DNA from: Mobula hypostoma
Lineage: Eukaryota
DNA: 64,000 nucleotides
Reading direction: 5' to 3'
NCBI RefSeq assembly: GCF_963921235.1
Contig: NC_086108.1
Span: 77,068,001-77,132,000 of the forward strand
Positions 51,586-64,000 of the stretch are shown piece after piece. The notes beneath the pieces are model-generated. The model worked only from the letters and a program-made list of their open reading frames with translations. It had not been told where the DNA came from and made no database searches. Every line of letters begins with the position of its first letter. Positions within the stretch are counted from its first letter, which is position 1. Both the position numbers and the translations under genes were made by a program.

Positions 51586-54493
51586 CTGTGCAGAAAATTA
51601 TTATGCCATTTCTAGCTGGCAAGTTGGTTATTCTCTTGCCTATGGGATTATGGGATCAATAAATGCTTCAAAGACTTGATAGCAAAATCTTCGGGATAGT
51701 ACTGAAGAAGAACACTATTGGAAGTGTTGTTCATGGGTGAGATAGTAAAGGGTAGAACTCCTTCCCCATGCATAGTAAGTTAGAAATTGCAAATGAGAAT
51801 ACCTCAATATTAACAGAAAAAGATATGTCATACCTTTAGAATTGCTCAATAAACTAGCAACAGGCTAACCCATCCATACTGCGATAGCAATCCGTTTGTT
51901 TCATTTTAAAATGTTTATGATAGGATGGGGAATTAAACTGGCTTCTTAAAACATTTTATTCCACTTCTTTTGCAGTTAGAAACAAAGAAAAACACAATGA
52001 ATTAGACTGTTGTAATTGCTCTGGGCCTCTGCTATTAGCAACTTCTACTATCATCATTTAAAATTAACACGGAAGGATTTTAACAGCAATAAAGCATTTG
52101 TTCAATAGCAGTTAATTATTCATTTTTTAATAAAGGAAGACAATAATTTATTGGTTTACATCGTTGGAACCTAACACTGAGAATTTTAGATTAGTTTGAA
52201 GCAAATTTAGAGCTAACTACAGTACTTGTGATTAAACTTCTTGCAGTTATTTATTTAAATGTTTTCTTCAAGCATGGGATGGAAGTATCACTACTATTTA
52301 ATGTCAGTCCCTAAGTAACATTGAGAAGTTGTTTACGATCAATCTTCTCGAAGCACCCACTCCTTGAAATTCTTGTACTCTCACAGTGCATCTGAGTAAG
52401 GAGTTCCAGGATTTAATCCATTGAAGTGAAAGAAAGGTGACATGTTTCCAATTGTGATTGCACATTATGGTAGATTGCCAGTCAAGTGCTTTCTCCTTGA
52501 AGCTATTGAACTATTTCAGGTCTATCAGAACTATTCTGATCCAGGCAAACGGAGATTGTTCCTGATTCATGTATTGTAGATTGTCTTATTGAGTTAGTAG
52601 GAGAGTTGCTTGCCACTCAGAAGTCAATTTCTAACATGTTCTTGGAGCCATCATGTGTATATTGGAGTTCCTATAACATTTTCAGTTAATGATCAATCAA
52701 AGGCATTGGTCAGATGAGTTAGAGGCAGAATTTTGTAATGATTATGATTTTGAGCTTGTTTATAATGGTCATTCCATTGCGTTGACTTGGCTGAATTTAT
52801 CTGCCACATCACTCTCATGTTATTCAAGTCTTGCTGTGTACAACTGTGGCTGAAGAGTCACCAATCAATGGTAAATGCCTGTAACATGAAGAGTTAACGT
52901 ACTTTCCAGTCAAAGGTTGTTTCCGCCGTGCTGGTCACTGGTTGGCCTGTTCAAAAGATGTGGCAGCTCTCTCTCCTTGGCTGGCTTTCGTGCCATGGCA
53001 CTGGCTGTAGTTTCAGGCACTCGAAGGGTGTAAGAATAGTGTGCATGGGACTCTTTTCGCTAGGGGCTCTCTTCAGACTGGGTCATGACCAGGGCTGAAG
53101 AACCATTGGGAAAGTGTGCTGCAGATAGGAGGGCCTGTGTGTACACTTAGATAGGTGCCTGTCTGTTGAATATTTAATGTTATAGTAATGTAACTTTGGG
53201 AAGACTTAACAAAGTACCTGTTTGAGTTAGAAATGTTACTGAATACTTAGTGTCATAGTTTTGTGACTTAGGCTTAGATAAGTACTTGTTTGACTTAAAT
53301 GTTTTGTAAATAAATCTTATACTCACCAAGTTATACAACACTGGTCTGAAGAAGAGCTGCACTGATGTCCTGGTCCTACAATCAATGTGAATAAATTCAG
53401 AACTTAATGCTACTTTTTATGTGAAGCACATGTACTTAAAATCTCCCGTCCTTATGGACTAGCAGAAGCCCTAACCTTGAATATATTCAGTGAGCAAAGA
53501 TGTGGCAGAGGGAGTGATGGGATCTGTTGGGAGTGGTGGGCAAGTGGAAAGAACTGTTGACATGATTTATTGAGAGGAAGGGAGAAATGAGGAACTGAAT
53601 TGACCCTTGCTGCTCTTGAGAAGCCATTGCCATTCTTCCTCTGATAGATCCTGGTCCTGACAATCTCCACCATTCCCCTCCAGTCCTAGGTGATGTGGTG
53701 CTTCTGCCTCCTTGCTGATACTAATCACAAGGACAGTTTCCATCCATGTCCTGGCCAGAAGCTCTTGTAAGGTTTTTGGAACTTGTTTCCCCAATGTCCC
53801 GTGTTCCTTTTCTCATGCGTATTACAGTGGATTCTAGTTAACTGGGATACATTGGGACCAGTACATTTGGGCCTAGATAGCTGAAGTTTCATGAAAATAG
53901 TTAAAAAGGTATTAAAAAGACGAAGTGCCATTTAATTGAGTAGCAAATTATGTATTTAAATGAAATACAGAATAAATTAGAACACTATCAATACTACTAC
54001 AGTACTGTGTATCACTTACTAATAGTTATCGATGGAGAAATTTATCCAGTTGTAGAGTGACATGTTCTTTTGATCGATTGTAAATGAACAGAATCAGCAC
54101 AGACACCCAGTGTAGATAATGGACTGCCTTCATACAATGCCAGTGATGATTGCATCCTCCGAAGCTTCGTTCTCCCTGTAACATTCAAGGTGATTGTCGA
54201 TGCCTTCAAATTCTTTTTAGTTCTTAACTTGTTGAAGGAGTGAAATTATTTCATTTTCACTCTTGGCCATTTCTGGCATCTCCATGACTGAATGCTTGAA
54301 ACCGCAGTGAGCAAAACAGTTCTGAATTGTCTTACTGCTTTTTTCTTGCCAGCTATCCTTGACAAAAAATACTGCTTTTAGAACTCAGGCCCATACAGCT
54401 AATGCTATTTGAAAGCTGTTTGCTCTAAGTATAGTGTAGTGTCTAACACCCACACAGTGCATGTGTCTGATACTAGTCAGAAACTGTTCGGCA

Positions 54494-55265
54494 TAATATG
54501 GAGGTATCAATGGAAGTGTACCAGTTCACAGAAGTGGAGGGAGTTCAGGTGGAAAAACTTGATAAGATATTTTATTACATCCTCTCAGAAATCCCATTAT
54601 GATAGTAACCCCACTGTTTGCTGGAGAAATTGTGTAAATCAAAATGCAAATCCCTATCATATTTTCTGGGAATGCCCCGTTATCAAAGACTACTGTATTG
54701 GAGTGGGATACATAATGACCTACAAGACATCTTTAAATGTGAAATACTCTTAGAGAGTAAGACCATATATTTTGGGTATATACCTCAAGAATGGTCGAAA
54801 AGAGATAAATATTTAACGAATGTACTGCTGGTGGCTGGTAAAAAGACCCTTACCAGGACATGGTTATCATAGGAGAGCCCAACTTTAAGTGTATGGATGG
54901 AAATTACAATGGACATTTACAAAATGGAGAAGATAACGCAGCTGTTAATCATAAGTTGGAACAATTTTATTCATACTGGAAAAAATGGTTTAACTACATA
55001 ACACCTCATAGGCCTGATTTTACTCTCACAAGTCAATGAATATGTTGTAAAAAAAAAATCACTCCCTACTCTGTACATAGTTTTCTTCTTTTGATTGTTC
55101 TTTCTTTCGTCTCCTTTCTATAAGTGTATACCTCAGACATGTATTATGTGGAGGTTTGTGACAAATATGATTATATGATATATATGTACAGTGTCTGAAA
55201 TACATCTTGTGGAAATGTTTGTTTGATGATGAAATTCAATAAAAAATAAATTCCAAAAAAAATGC
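54494..55265 (+). mobile_element. L1/Tx1-clade LINE 3' fragment
   Basis: CCHC knuckle CWRNC...HIFWECPVIKDY; aataaa plus A-rich tail; TSD aactgttcggca at 54482-54493 and 55266-55277. Confidence 0.85.
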
Positions 55266-55411
55266 AACTGTTCGGCAATGGTCTTCTGCCTCAATTAAGT
55301 GGCATAGTGTCATAAATAAATGAAGGGAATCCAGCTATTTCTACAATTGGTTTCTGTTCCTTAAGAGTTGCCCCAAATAAGCGGTTCCCCCACTTAACCG
55401 ATGGCCAAATA

Positions 55412-56294
55412 AGACCATAAGATATAGAAGCAGAATCTGCCCCACCGAGTCTGCTCCACCATTCATCATGGCTGATCCAATTTTCCTCTCAATCTCCTGC
55501 CTTCTCCTCATATGCTTTCTCCTCATATCTCTTCATCAATAAAGAATCAGTCAAGACCCTTCAAGAATCTATCAATCTCTGCCTTAAATATACATAACTG
55601 CTTGGCCTCACAGCTGCCTGTGGGAAAGAATTCCACAGATTCAACACCTCTGGCTAAAGAAATTCCTCCTCACCTCCATTCTAAATGGAAGCCCCTCTAT
55701 TCTGAGGCTGTGTCGTCTGGTCTTATGCACTCCCATCATAGGAAACAGCCTCTCCGTATTCACTCTATCAAGGCCTTTCATCATTCAAATAGGTTTCAAT
55801 GAGGTCACTCATTCTTGTGAATTCTAGTGAATAAATGCCCAGAGCCATCAAATGCTCTTCATATGACAAGCCATTCAATCCTGGTATCCTTTTCATGAAC
55901 CTCCTTTGAATCCTCTCCCGTTTCAGCTCATCTTTTCTAAGATAAGGGGCTCAAACCTGCTCCAAGTGAGGCCTCACCGGTGCTTTATAAAGTTTCAACA
56001 TTATATCCTTGCTTTTGTATTCTAGTTCTCTTGAAATGAATGCTAACATTGCAATTGCCTTCCTCACCACAGTCTCAACCTGCAAATTAACCATTAGGGA
56101 ATCCCGCACAAGGACAGCCAAGTCTCTTTGCACCTCAGTTTTTTGTATTTTCTGTCTATTTAAAAAGCAATCAACCCTTTCATTTCTTCTACTAAAGTGC
56201 ATGAGCATACACTTCTCAACAGTGTATTCCATCTGCCATTTCTTTGCCCATTCCTCTAATCTTTCTAAGTCTTTCTGTAGCCTCTCTACTTCCT
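55412..56294 (-). mobile_element. CR1 3' fragment
   Basis: VRKAIAMLAFISRELEYKSKDIMLKLYKAPVRPHLE. Same family as 14346-15963. Confidence 0.9.
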
Positions 56295-56719
56295 CAAATT
56301 TAAGTGGAATTCACTGTATTTCTCATGGAGCCAGAAGAATTTGTTTTAAATGATATAATGTATCATTATGTTGCTTCCTGCATGGGCCCTAGATATTTTA
56401 CTCCGAAAGAGCAGCCTTCTTTTTGAGAAAGACAATTGATGAACCTTCAATTCCTCCAGAAGACTGAAAGTAGGGTAAATACTGAAAGGCTTTTATTCGC
56501 AGTAAAATGTGACCTCCATGCTGAGTGTCTGCCCCTGGACTGAGGAGGAGGAGCAGGGCGAAATCGCCTTTATTCAGGGTTCTGTGGGGGGAGCCACAGG
56601 GGCAGTCAGCAGAGAGGCGTGTCCAGACAGGCAACCCAGTTACAACACATATATATGGTTTACCACAGCAATAAAGTGGAATCTACCGATGAATTTCAGG
56701 CTAACCCCATTACTCATCC

Positions 56720-56970
56720 ATCTGCAGTCCCAGTGACCTGAGTTTAACCTTGACCTCTGGTGCTGGGCAGATTGCAGGTTTCCTCCAGGTGCTCCAAAGA
56801 TGTGAGGGTTAGTAGCTGAATTACCCACCATAATTAGTCTTCAGGTGGGTGCTAAAATCTGGGAGCGGTATTGTTGGGAATGTGGGTAGAATAAAATAGG
56901 AATAGTGTAAATGGGTGTTTGACATGTCAGTGGGAAAAGAGCCTGATTCCATGCTCTATGATGCCATAAT
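56720..56970 (+). mobile_element. V-SINE / HE1-like SINE, internally deleted
   Basis: cagtgacctgagtttaaccttgacctctggtgctg...ggtttcctccaggtgctccaaagatgtg. Confidence 0.6.
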
Positions 56971-58043
56971 ACTGGGAAGACCAAAGTACTAAAGTATACA
57001 CTATGCTGTTTTTTTATTTAAATGTTTCACAATGCAACATATTTGCACTTATCTCTCTCCAGTACAGTGGTTCCCAGAGTGGGCAATATCGTTCCTCCCC
57101 CCTCCCCCAGGGTGGTGGGAGTTTCTAAGGGGACGATAAAGATAAGGAGGGCAGCGGGGACTATTTGGTAACAAGGAGGGAAGCTGAGGGATTACAGGCT
57201 CAATTTAAGAAATTAATTACTTATTATAAGCAATTGATCCTCAGTGCCTCATAATCGATCACACAATCACCTCATCGCTTGCTAACCCACCATTCCCTTA
57301 GACTTTGCTTGAAGTGCGTTATCATTGTGGAAAAGTGATATGACACTCTTGTGTTTGGCACATCATAAGAAAGCTGGACTGAAGGAACTGTGTTATTTCT
57401 GGACCTGCCCTATGCATGATTGCTGCTTACTACTGTAGTACAGTGTTAACTAGTACAATTCCAATACTCTAATCATGCCGTGATACCATTCCTGTGAACG
57501 GGATAAAGATCAGAAACTGCCCTTTCAAATGGTCTTAACCGCATTTCTCTAGCCCATGGCCCAGCTGAGATATCACTGCCTCACTTTATGCACCAGACAG
57601 TCAGGTTTTGCCTGAGCTATAATAACATCATAACTTTCCCTTTTATTGATCGTAGCGCTTGAGTTTGGACTTAAACAATAAGCGATTGACCGTGGTCACC
57701 AATCCATCACAAGAATGGAGGAAGCAGACCAAATGAAAAAGAAGTGTAGACAGTATAGTGTGGAGTATCTGAAATATGGATTTATATCAGCATCAAACAA
57801 CCAACAGCGACCGGTATGTCTGTTGTGTGAAAAAGTTTTCTTTTCGCATGAGGCAATGAAGCTGTCCAGACTCCTTAAACATTTGAAGGGAATACACTCT
57901 GATAGAGCAAACAAAAACTTGGCTTATTTTCAGTCACTTTGTTAAAACTTTCAGAAACGAAACGTTTCAAAACATGTTTGCCAGCACTTCACAACAAAAC
58001 AGTAATGCTTTGCATGCTTTGTACAACTTTTCATGGCTCATTG

Positions 58044-60281
58044 GGGGACAGTGACCACCACTCCCTGGCCTTTAACATTATCATGGAAAAGGATAGAATC
58101 AGAGAGGACAGGAAAATTTCTAATTGGGGAAAGGCAAATTATGAGGCTATAAGGCTAGAAATTGCGGGTGTGAATTGGGATGATGTTTTTGCAGGGATAT
58201 GTCTATGGACATGTGGTCGATGTTTAGGGATCTCTTGCAGGATGTTAGGGATAAATTTGTCCTGGTGAAGAAGATACAGAATGGGAGGGTGAAGGAACCA
58301 TGGGTGACAACTGAGGTGGAGAATCTAGTCAGGTGGAAGAAGGCAGCATACATTAGGTTTAGGAAGCAAGGATCAGATGGGTCTATTGAGAAATATAGGG
58401 AAGCAAGAAAGGAGTTGAAGAAGGGCTGAGAAGAGCAAGAAGGGGGCATGAGAAGGCCTTGGTGAATAGGGTAAAGGAAAACCCCAAGGCATTCTTCAAT
58501 TATGTGAAGAGCAAAAGGATGACAGGAGTGAAGATAGGTCCGATTAGAGATAAAGATGGGAAGATGTTCCTGGAGGCTGTGGAAGTGAACGAGGTCCTCA
58601 ATGAACACTTCTCTTCGGTATTCACCAATGAGAGGGAACTTGATGTCAGTGAGGACAATATGAGTGAGGGTGATGTTCTGGAGCATGTTGATATTAAGGG
58701 AGAGGAGGTGTTGGAGTTGTTAAAATACATTAGGATGGATAAGTCCCCGGGGCCTGATGGAATATTCCCCAGGCTGCTCCACAAGGCGAGGGAAGAGATT
58801 GCTGAGCCTCTGGCTAGGATCTTTATGTCCTCGTTGTCCACGGGAATGGTACCGGAGGATTGGAGGGAGGCGAATGTTCGTCCCTTGTTCAAAAAAGGTA
58901 GTAGAGATAGTCCAGGTAATTATAGACCAGTGAGCCTTACATCTGTGGTGAGAAAGCTGTTGGAAAAGATTCTTAGAGATAGGATCTATAGGCATTTAGA
59001 GAATCATGGTCTGATCAGGGACAGTCAGCATGGCTTTGTGAAGGACAGATCATGCCTAAAATGCCTGATAGAGTTCTTCGAGGAGGTGGCCAGGCATATA
59101 GATGAGGGTAGTGCAGTGAGTGTGACCTACATGGATTTTAGTAAGGTATTTGACAAGGTTCCACACGGTATGCTTATTCAGAAAGTTAGAAGGCATGGGA
59201 TCCAGGGAAGTTTGGCCAGGTGGATTCAGAATTGGCTTGCCTACAGAAGGCAGAGGGTGGTGGTGGAGGGAGTACATTCAGATTGGAGGATTGTGACTAG
59301 TGGTGTCCCACAAGGATCTGTTCTGGGACCTCTACTTTTCGTGATTTTTATTAACGACCTGGATGTGGGGGTAGAAGGGTGGGTTGGCAAGTTTGCAGAC
59401 GACACAAAGGTTGGTGGTGTTGTAGATAGTGTAGAGGATTGTTGAAGATTGCAGAGAGACATTGATAGGATGCAGAAGTGGGCTGAGAAGTGGCAGATGG
59501 AGTTCAACCCGGAGAAGTGTGAGGTGGTACACTTTGGAAGGACAAACTCCAAGGTAGAGTACAAAGTAAATGGCAGAATACTTGGAAGTGTGGAGGAGCA
59601 GAGGGATCTGGGGGTACATGTCCATAGATGCCTGAAAGTTGCCTCACAGGTGGATAGGGTAGTTAAGAAAGTTTATGGAGTGTTAGCTTTCATAAGTCGA
59701 GGGATAGAGTTTAAGAGTCGCGAGGTAATGATGCAGCTCTATAAAACTCTGGTTAGGCCACACTTGGAGTACTGTGTCCAGTTCTAGTCACCTCACTATA
59801 GGAAGGATATGGAAGCATCGGAAAGAGTACCGAGGAGATTTACCAGGATGCTGCCTGGTTTAGAGAGTATGCATTATGATCAGAGATTAAGGGAGCTAGA
59901 GCTTTACTCTCTGGAGAGAAGGAGGATGAGGGGAGACATGATAGAGGTATACAAGATATTAAGAGAAATAGATAGAGTGGATAGCCAGCATCTCTTCCCC
60001 AGTGCACCACTGCTCAATACAAGAGGACATGGCTTTAAGGTAAGGGGTGGGAAGTTCAAGGGGGATATTAGAGGAAGGTTTTTTACTCAGAGAGTGGTTG
60101 GTGCGTGGAATGCACTGCCTGAGTCAGTGGTGGAGACAGATATACTAGTGAAATTTAAGAGACTACTAGACAGGTATATGGAGGAATCTAATGTGGGGGC
60201 TTATATGGGAGACAGGGTTTAAGGGTCGGTACAACATTGTGGGCCGAAGGGGCTGTACTGTGCTGTACTGTTCTATGTTCT
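58044..60281 (+). mobile_element. CR1 LINE, 2.2 kb, 5'-truncated, young
   Basis: [44 protein letters not shown]; only a few stops or frameshifts. attg duplicated at 58040-58043 and 60282-60285. Confidence 0.95.
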
Positions 60282-61257
60282 ATTGCTAAAGCTGGAAAAC
60301 TCCATAGAACTGTTTCTGCCAGCAATAAGGGAGTTTCTGAGTGCAGTTTTGCGTAAGTTGCCAGACCAAGTATTTTAAGCAATTCCACTCCATGACAACT
60401 CTTTTCAAAGATGAATGGATGAAATGCCAGAGAATGTGGAAGACACATTGTGCGTCATACTTAGGATAACAGAATTTGCTCTGCAGTTGAATAGATCAAC
60501 TTTGCTCTGCAATTAAACTTTGTTTCTTGGTTATGTTTGCTTCAAAGAAGATGAAAGCATGGTTCAAGGGTTGTTACTTGCAAGGGGACTAGAAACAGAT
60601 AAGCAGAGAGAGTCAACATTTTTTCAAAGAGAAGGACATTCTGCTCACCACATTCTTGCTTGTGCAATAGATGGGGCACCGTCAAGAACAGGATGCTACT
60701 GCGGGGTTGTTACTTTCTTGAAAAAAGCTGCACCTAACATATTTACCATTCACTATGATTCACCTTGTCACATAAAACCTAAGTGATCAGCTGATTAAAT
60801 CATTAAGTACTGTTATCACAGCAGTAAATGAAATCAAGCCCCATGCTCTCAATTCTGTATTGTTTCGAGAGCTTTGTATTGAGAATGGTGAACAGTTTGA
60901 ACGCTTGCTGTTTGACACAAAAGTCTCCAAAGTAAATTGTCTGAGATGCTTTTATGTACTCTCTGAAATGAATAAAATCCTTTGATTTCTTGAATGCTTT
61001 ATTTAGTAATCAACTCAAGAATATTAGTCATGACCTTGCTTGTTTGTCAGAGTTATTTGCAAAGTTTAATGAAGTTAATCTTCAATTGCAAGGAAATGAT
61101 GTGAATCTTATCAAAGTCAAATCAGTCGTCTCCATATTGTCCAAGTTAACCTTTTTAAGTGCACCATTGGTCATTACGACTTTTTCTAATTCTGAGCCTC
61201 TCAGAGTTGGAAGAGAAAGAAAGAATACCAGATAAGGATCTTCAAATGTACTGTGAA

Positions 61258-62385
61258 TTCAGTCTAAATACACCACTGTTCAACTGGGTGCTAAACTTCC
61301 TACTCAGCAGATCTCAGTTAGTCAGGATGCACAACCTCTCCTCTCTTCCCATCATCCACAACATGGATGCCCTCCAGGGCTGTGTGCTGAGCCCACTGCT
61401 GTATACTCCGCTCACACATGACTACATGGCCAAGAACCCAAGAAATCACATTGTCAATTTTGCCGATGTCTCAACACTGGCGGAGCTCATCTTCAGCAAT
61501 AATAAGACAGCTTACAGAGGGAAGGTGGAAGAACCTGAGGCCTGGTAGCCCTCTTCCTCAATGTCAATGAGACAAAGGAGATGGTTATTGATTTCAGGAG
61601 AACTTGTACCACTCAAACCCCTCAGTACCGCAGTGGAAACTGCAAGCAGTTTCAAACTCCTGGGAGTGTGCATCTCAAAAACCTCTCATGTCCCAGAACA
61701 CTTTCTACATAATCAGGAAAACTCACCAACACCTCAACTTTCTGAGGAGGCTGAAGAGAGCTGGACTATGCTCACTTATACTCATATCTTTCTACAGAAG
61801 CGCAGTAGAGAGCATCCTAACTAGCTGCGTCACTGCACGGTATGAAAACTGCAATGTGGAGGATAGGAAAGCCATACAACAGGTATTTGAAACTGTTCAA
61901 TACATCACCGGCACGAGGCTAAGCACCATTATGGACATCCATACAAAAAGATGCCAGAAAAGGGACAGTAGCATGAAGGATCCTACCCAACCTTCTTCTG
62001 ATCTATTTGTCTCTCTCCCATCAGGGACGAGGCTACATGCCAGGACCACCAGGCTCAAAAACAGTTGCTTTCCCCAAGCAGTAAGGCTGATTAATACCTC
62101 CACCCACCAACCCACCCCCCCCCGTCCACACCCCCTACCACTACTACTTTATCACTTCCTGTTATTCACCTTGTGTACAGATACTCGTTTGCCTAATGTC
62201 ACTTTATGGACATACATTCAATCTATGTAAATATGCTACTTTATATATTTATATTTATTGTGTTTTATTATTATTATTGTGCTCTTTATCTTATTGAGTC
62301 TTTTTCAGTGCTATTTCAGAACAAGTATTTAATTCTCCTTTACATTTGCGTATTGGAAATAATATTAAACAATCTTGAATCTTGA
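61258..62385 (+). mobile_element. Rex1/Babar LINE fragment
   Basis: LFNWVLNFL...QGCVLSPLLY...HD...NFAD; RTTRLKNSCFPQAVRLIN; tail aatcttgaatcttga. Confidence 0.88.
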
Positions 62386-63229
62386 GTAATCTTTGCAAGT
62401 ATTTGTCACTGCTTTGAATTTGCAGTTCCTATTTTCCTTCATTTGTATTGTAAATCAAAGTTCTTTATAGTTTTTATGTAATGGCCAGAAAGTGGGGGGC
62501 ACTGGAGATGTGATCTAGGAGCCAAGGGGACCATAACCTAAAAATGTTTGGGAACCACTGCTCTAGTGTATTCTGTTTTGTACTCCTCTCTCTTCCTTGC
62601 AATAGTTACACAGCCTAGAAACTGGACCGTGCATCCGTGAAGATTTCAGTAACATATCTACACCCTGTGCCTGTGTGTCTGTACATTGCGTTGACCTAAC
62701 ATACTATATATGATGCCACACTGTGATGTAGACATGATTGAGACATTAATAACAGGGTTGTGGCTGGTCAAGAGAGGACAGATAGTACTACGAAGATTAA
62801 TAGCCAACGTATGCACTAGCTGCAGTGCTTTGCGGGTCAGAGCCTTAGAGTGAAAGTCATCAATGACAAAATCTGCACAGGCCAGAAGGCCAGATTCAAG
62901 ATTCATTAGTCCTCACTGGCTGGACAGTCATCATGTGCCACCAACAGTCTCACCAACATTTATCAATTGAATTGAAAGCACCTATTGACAGTGATGTGCA
63001 TGAACCCACAGCAGAAGAACCTTGGGCACGATCAAAGGCTATGTTCAACCTGTCACCCAGAAACAGTGGCAGGCTCATTGCAGATGGCAATGTTAACTCT
63101 TTCTCCGATTGTGATCTCTTATTTTGATTCCCTGTTTCCACAGACATTCAATGTGGCAGAAGTCTTAAAATAAATCAAAGAAAGGACTTTTTATATCATG
63201 CGAATCACATAGAGCTGCATAACTTTTGA

Positions 63230-64000
63230 ATTTCAGAATCATAATTTGGTGTAACATCACTGGCATATGTCATGAAATTTATTGTTATGTGACAGCAGTG
63301 CATTGCAATACATAATTCAAAAAACTATAAACTACAAAAATAAGTGTACTGTATATATATAATTAAATAAGTCTTCAGGCTTCTGACCTCCTCCTGGATG
63401 GTAGCAATGAGGAGAGGACGTGTGCTGGGTAATGGGTGTCCTTAATAATGGATGTTGCCTTTTTGAGATATTGCCTCTTGAAGAGGTTCTCAGTGCTGGG
63501 GAGATCAGTGCCCAGGATAGAGCTGGTAGAGCTTACAACTTTCTACGGCTTTTTCTGATCCCGTGTAGTGAACCCTTCATACCGGACAGTGATACGACCA
63601 GTTAAAATGCTCTCCATGGTATATCTGTAGAAGTTTCCAAGAATCTTTGGTGACATACCAAGTCTCCTGAAACTCCTAATGAAATATAGCTACCGCCGTG
63701 CTTTCTTTGTCATTGCATCAAAATGTTGGGTGCAAGATAGATCTTCAGAGATGTTGACACCAGGAACTTGAAACTGCTCACCATTTTCACTGCTGACCTC
63801 TCGATGAGGGCTGGAGTGTGTTCCCTCAGCTTCTCCTTCCTGAAGTCCACAGTCAATTCCCTGGTCTTACTGATGTTGAGTGAAAGGCTGATCTTGCAAC
63901 ACCACTCAACCAGCAGATCTATCTTGCTCCTGTACGCCTCCTCATCACCATCATAAATTCTACCAACAATCGTTGTGGTATCAGCAAATGTATAGATGGT
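63230..64000 (-). mobile_element. Rex1/Babar LINE fragment running off the window end
   Basis: Antisense of FADTTTIVG, YRSKIDLLVEWC and KTRELTVDFRK. Similar to 35875-36265. Confidence 0.85.

Larger units (their letters stand above)
53825..56316. mobile_element. Tigger/pogo-like non-autonomous element hosting two LINE insertions
   Basis: TA-cagtggattctagttaactggg ... aaatttaagtggaattcactg-TA. Subterminal cccaaataa-like repeats at 55300-55411. Confidence 0.75.
57065..62560 (+). mobile_element. hAT transposon (Buster/Charlie type) with nested CR1 and Rex/Babar
   Basis: TIRs cagtggttccca / tgggaaccactg. 8-bp TSD ctccagta / ctctagtg (6/8 match). BED-finger N-terminus KKKCRQYSVEYLKYGF...CLLCEKV; also CAIDGAP and NEVNLQLQG. 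Confidence 0.9.

Noticed and set aside
57715..61257. Domesticated ZBED/SCAND3-like host gene
   Set aside because: TIRs and TSD are present, and the frame has many stops, frameshifts and insertions.
61159..61548. 129-aa chimeric ORF
   Set aside because: Crosses the hAT/Rex junction and its RT motifs are degenerate.

Overview
Eukaryotic, repeat-rich, apparently non-genic (intronic or intergenic) DNA. The mix of HE1/V-SINE-like SINEs, CR1, Rex/Babar and Penelope families suggests a cartilaginous fish, probably a ray; this is inferred from repeat content only. No host exon could be recognised, and every ORF I could assign belongs to a decayed transposon: Penelope-like elements (PLE; RT + GIY-YIG), CR1, Rex1/Babar, RTE and L1/Tx1 LINE fragments, a Tc1 (DD34E) element, two Buster/Charlie hAT elements and two Tigger-like elements. 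Many are nested, with readable target-site duplications (TSDs). The main hidden signal is RNA structure. At least ten minimal type-I hammerhead ribozyme (HHR) motifs of PLE origin are present: one intact (1174-1209, minus), a perfect 48-bp tandem dimer of a second family (644-742), and two fold-back insertions whose inversion centre sits at the start of the ribozyme (12461-12685, 47174-47416). There is also a structured bipartite RTE-derived SINE and a four-TIR MITE. Family names come from motif recognition, not database searches. Boundaries of old copies are approximate.
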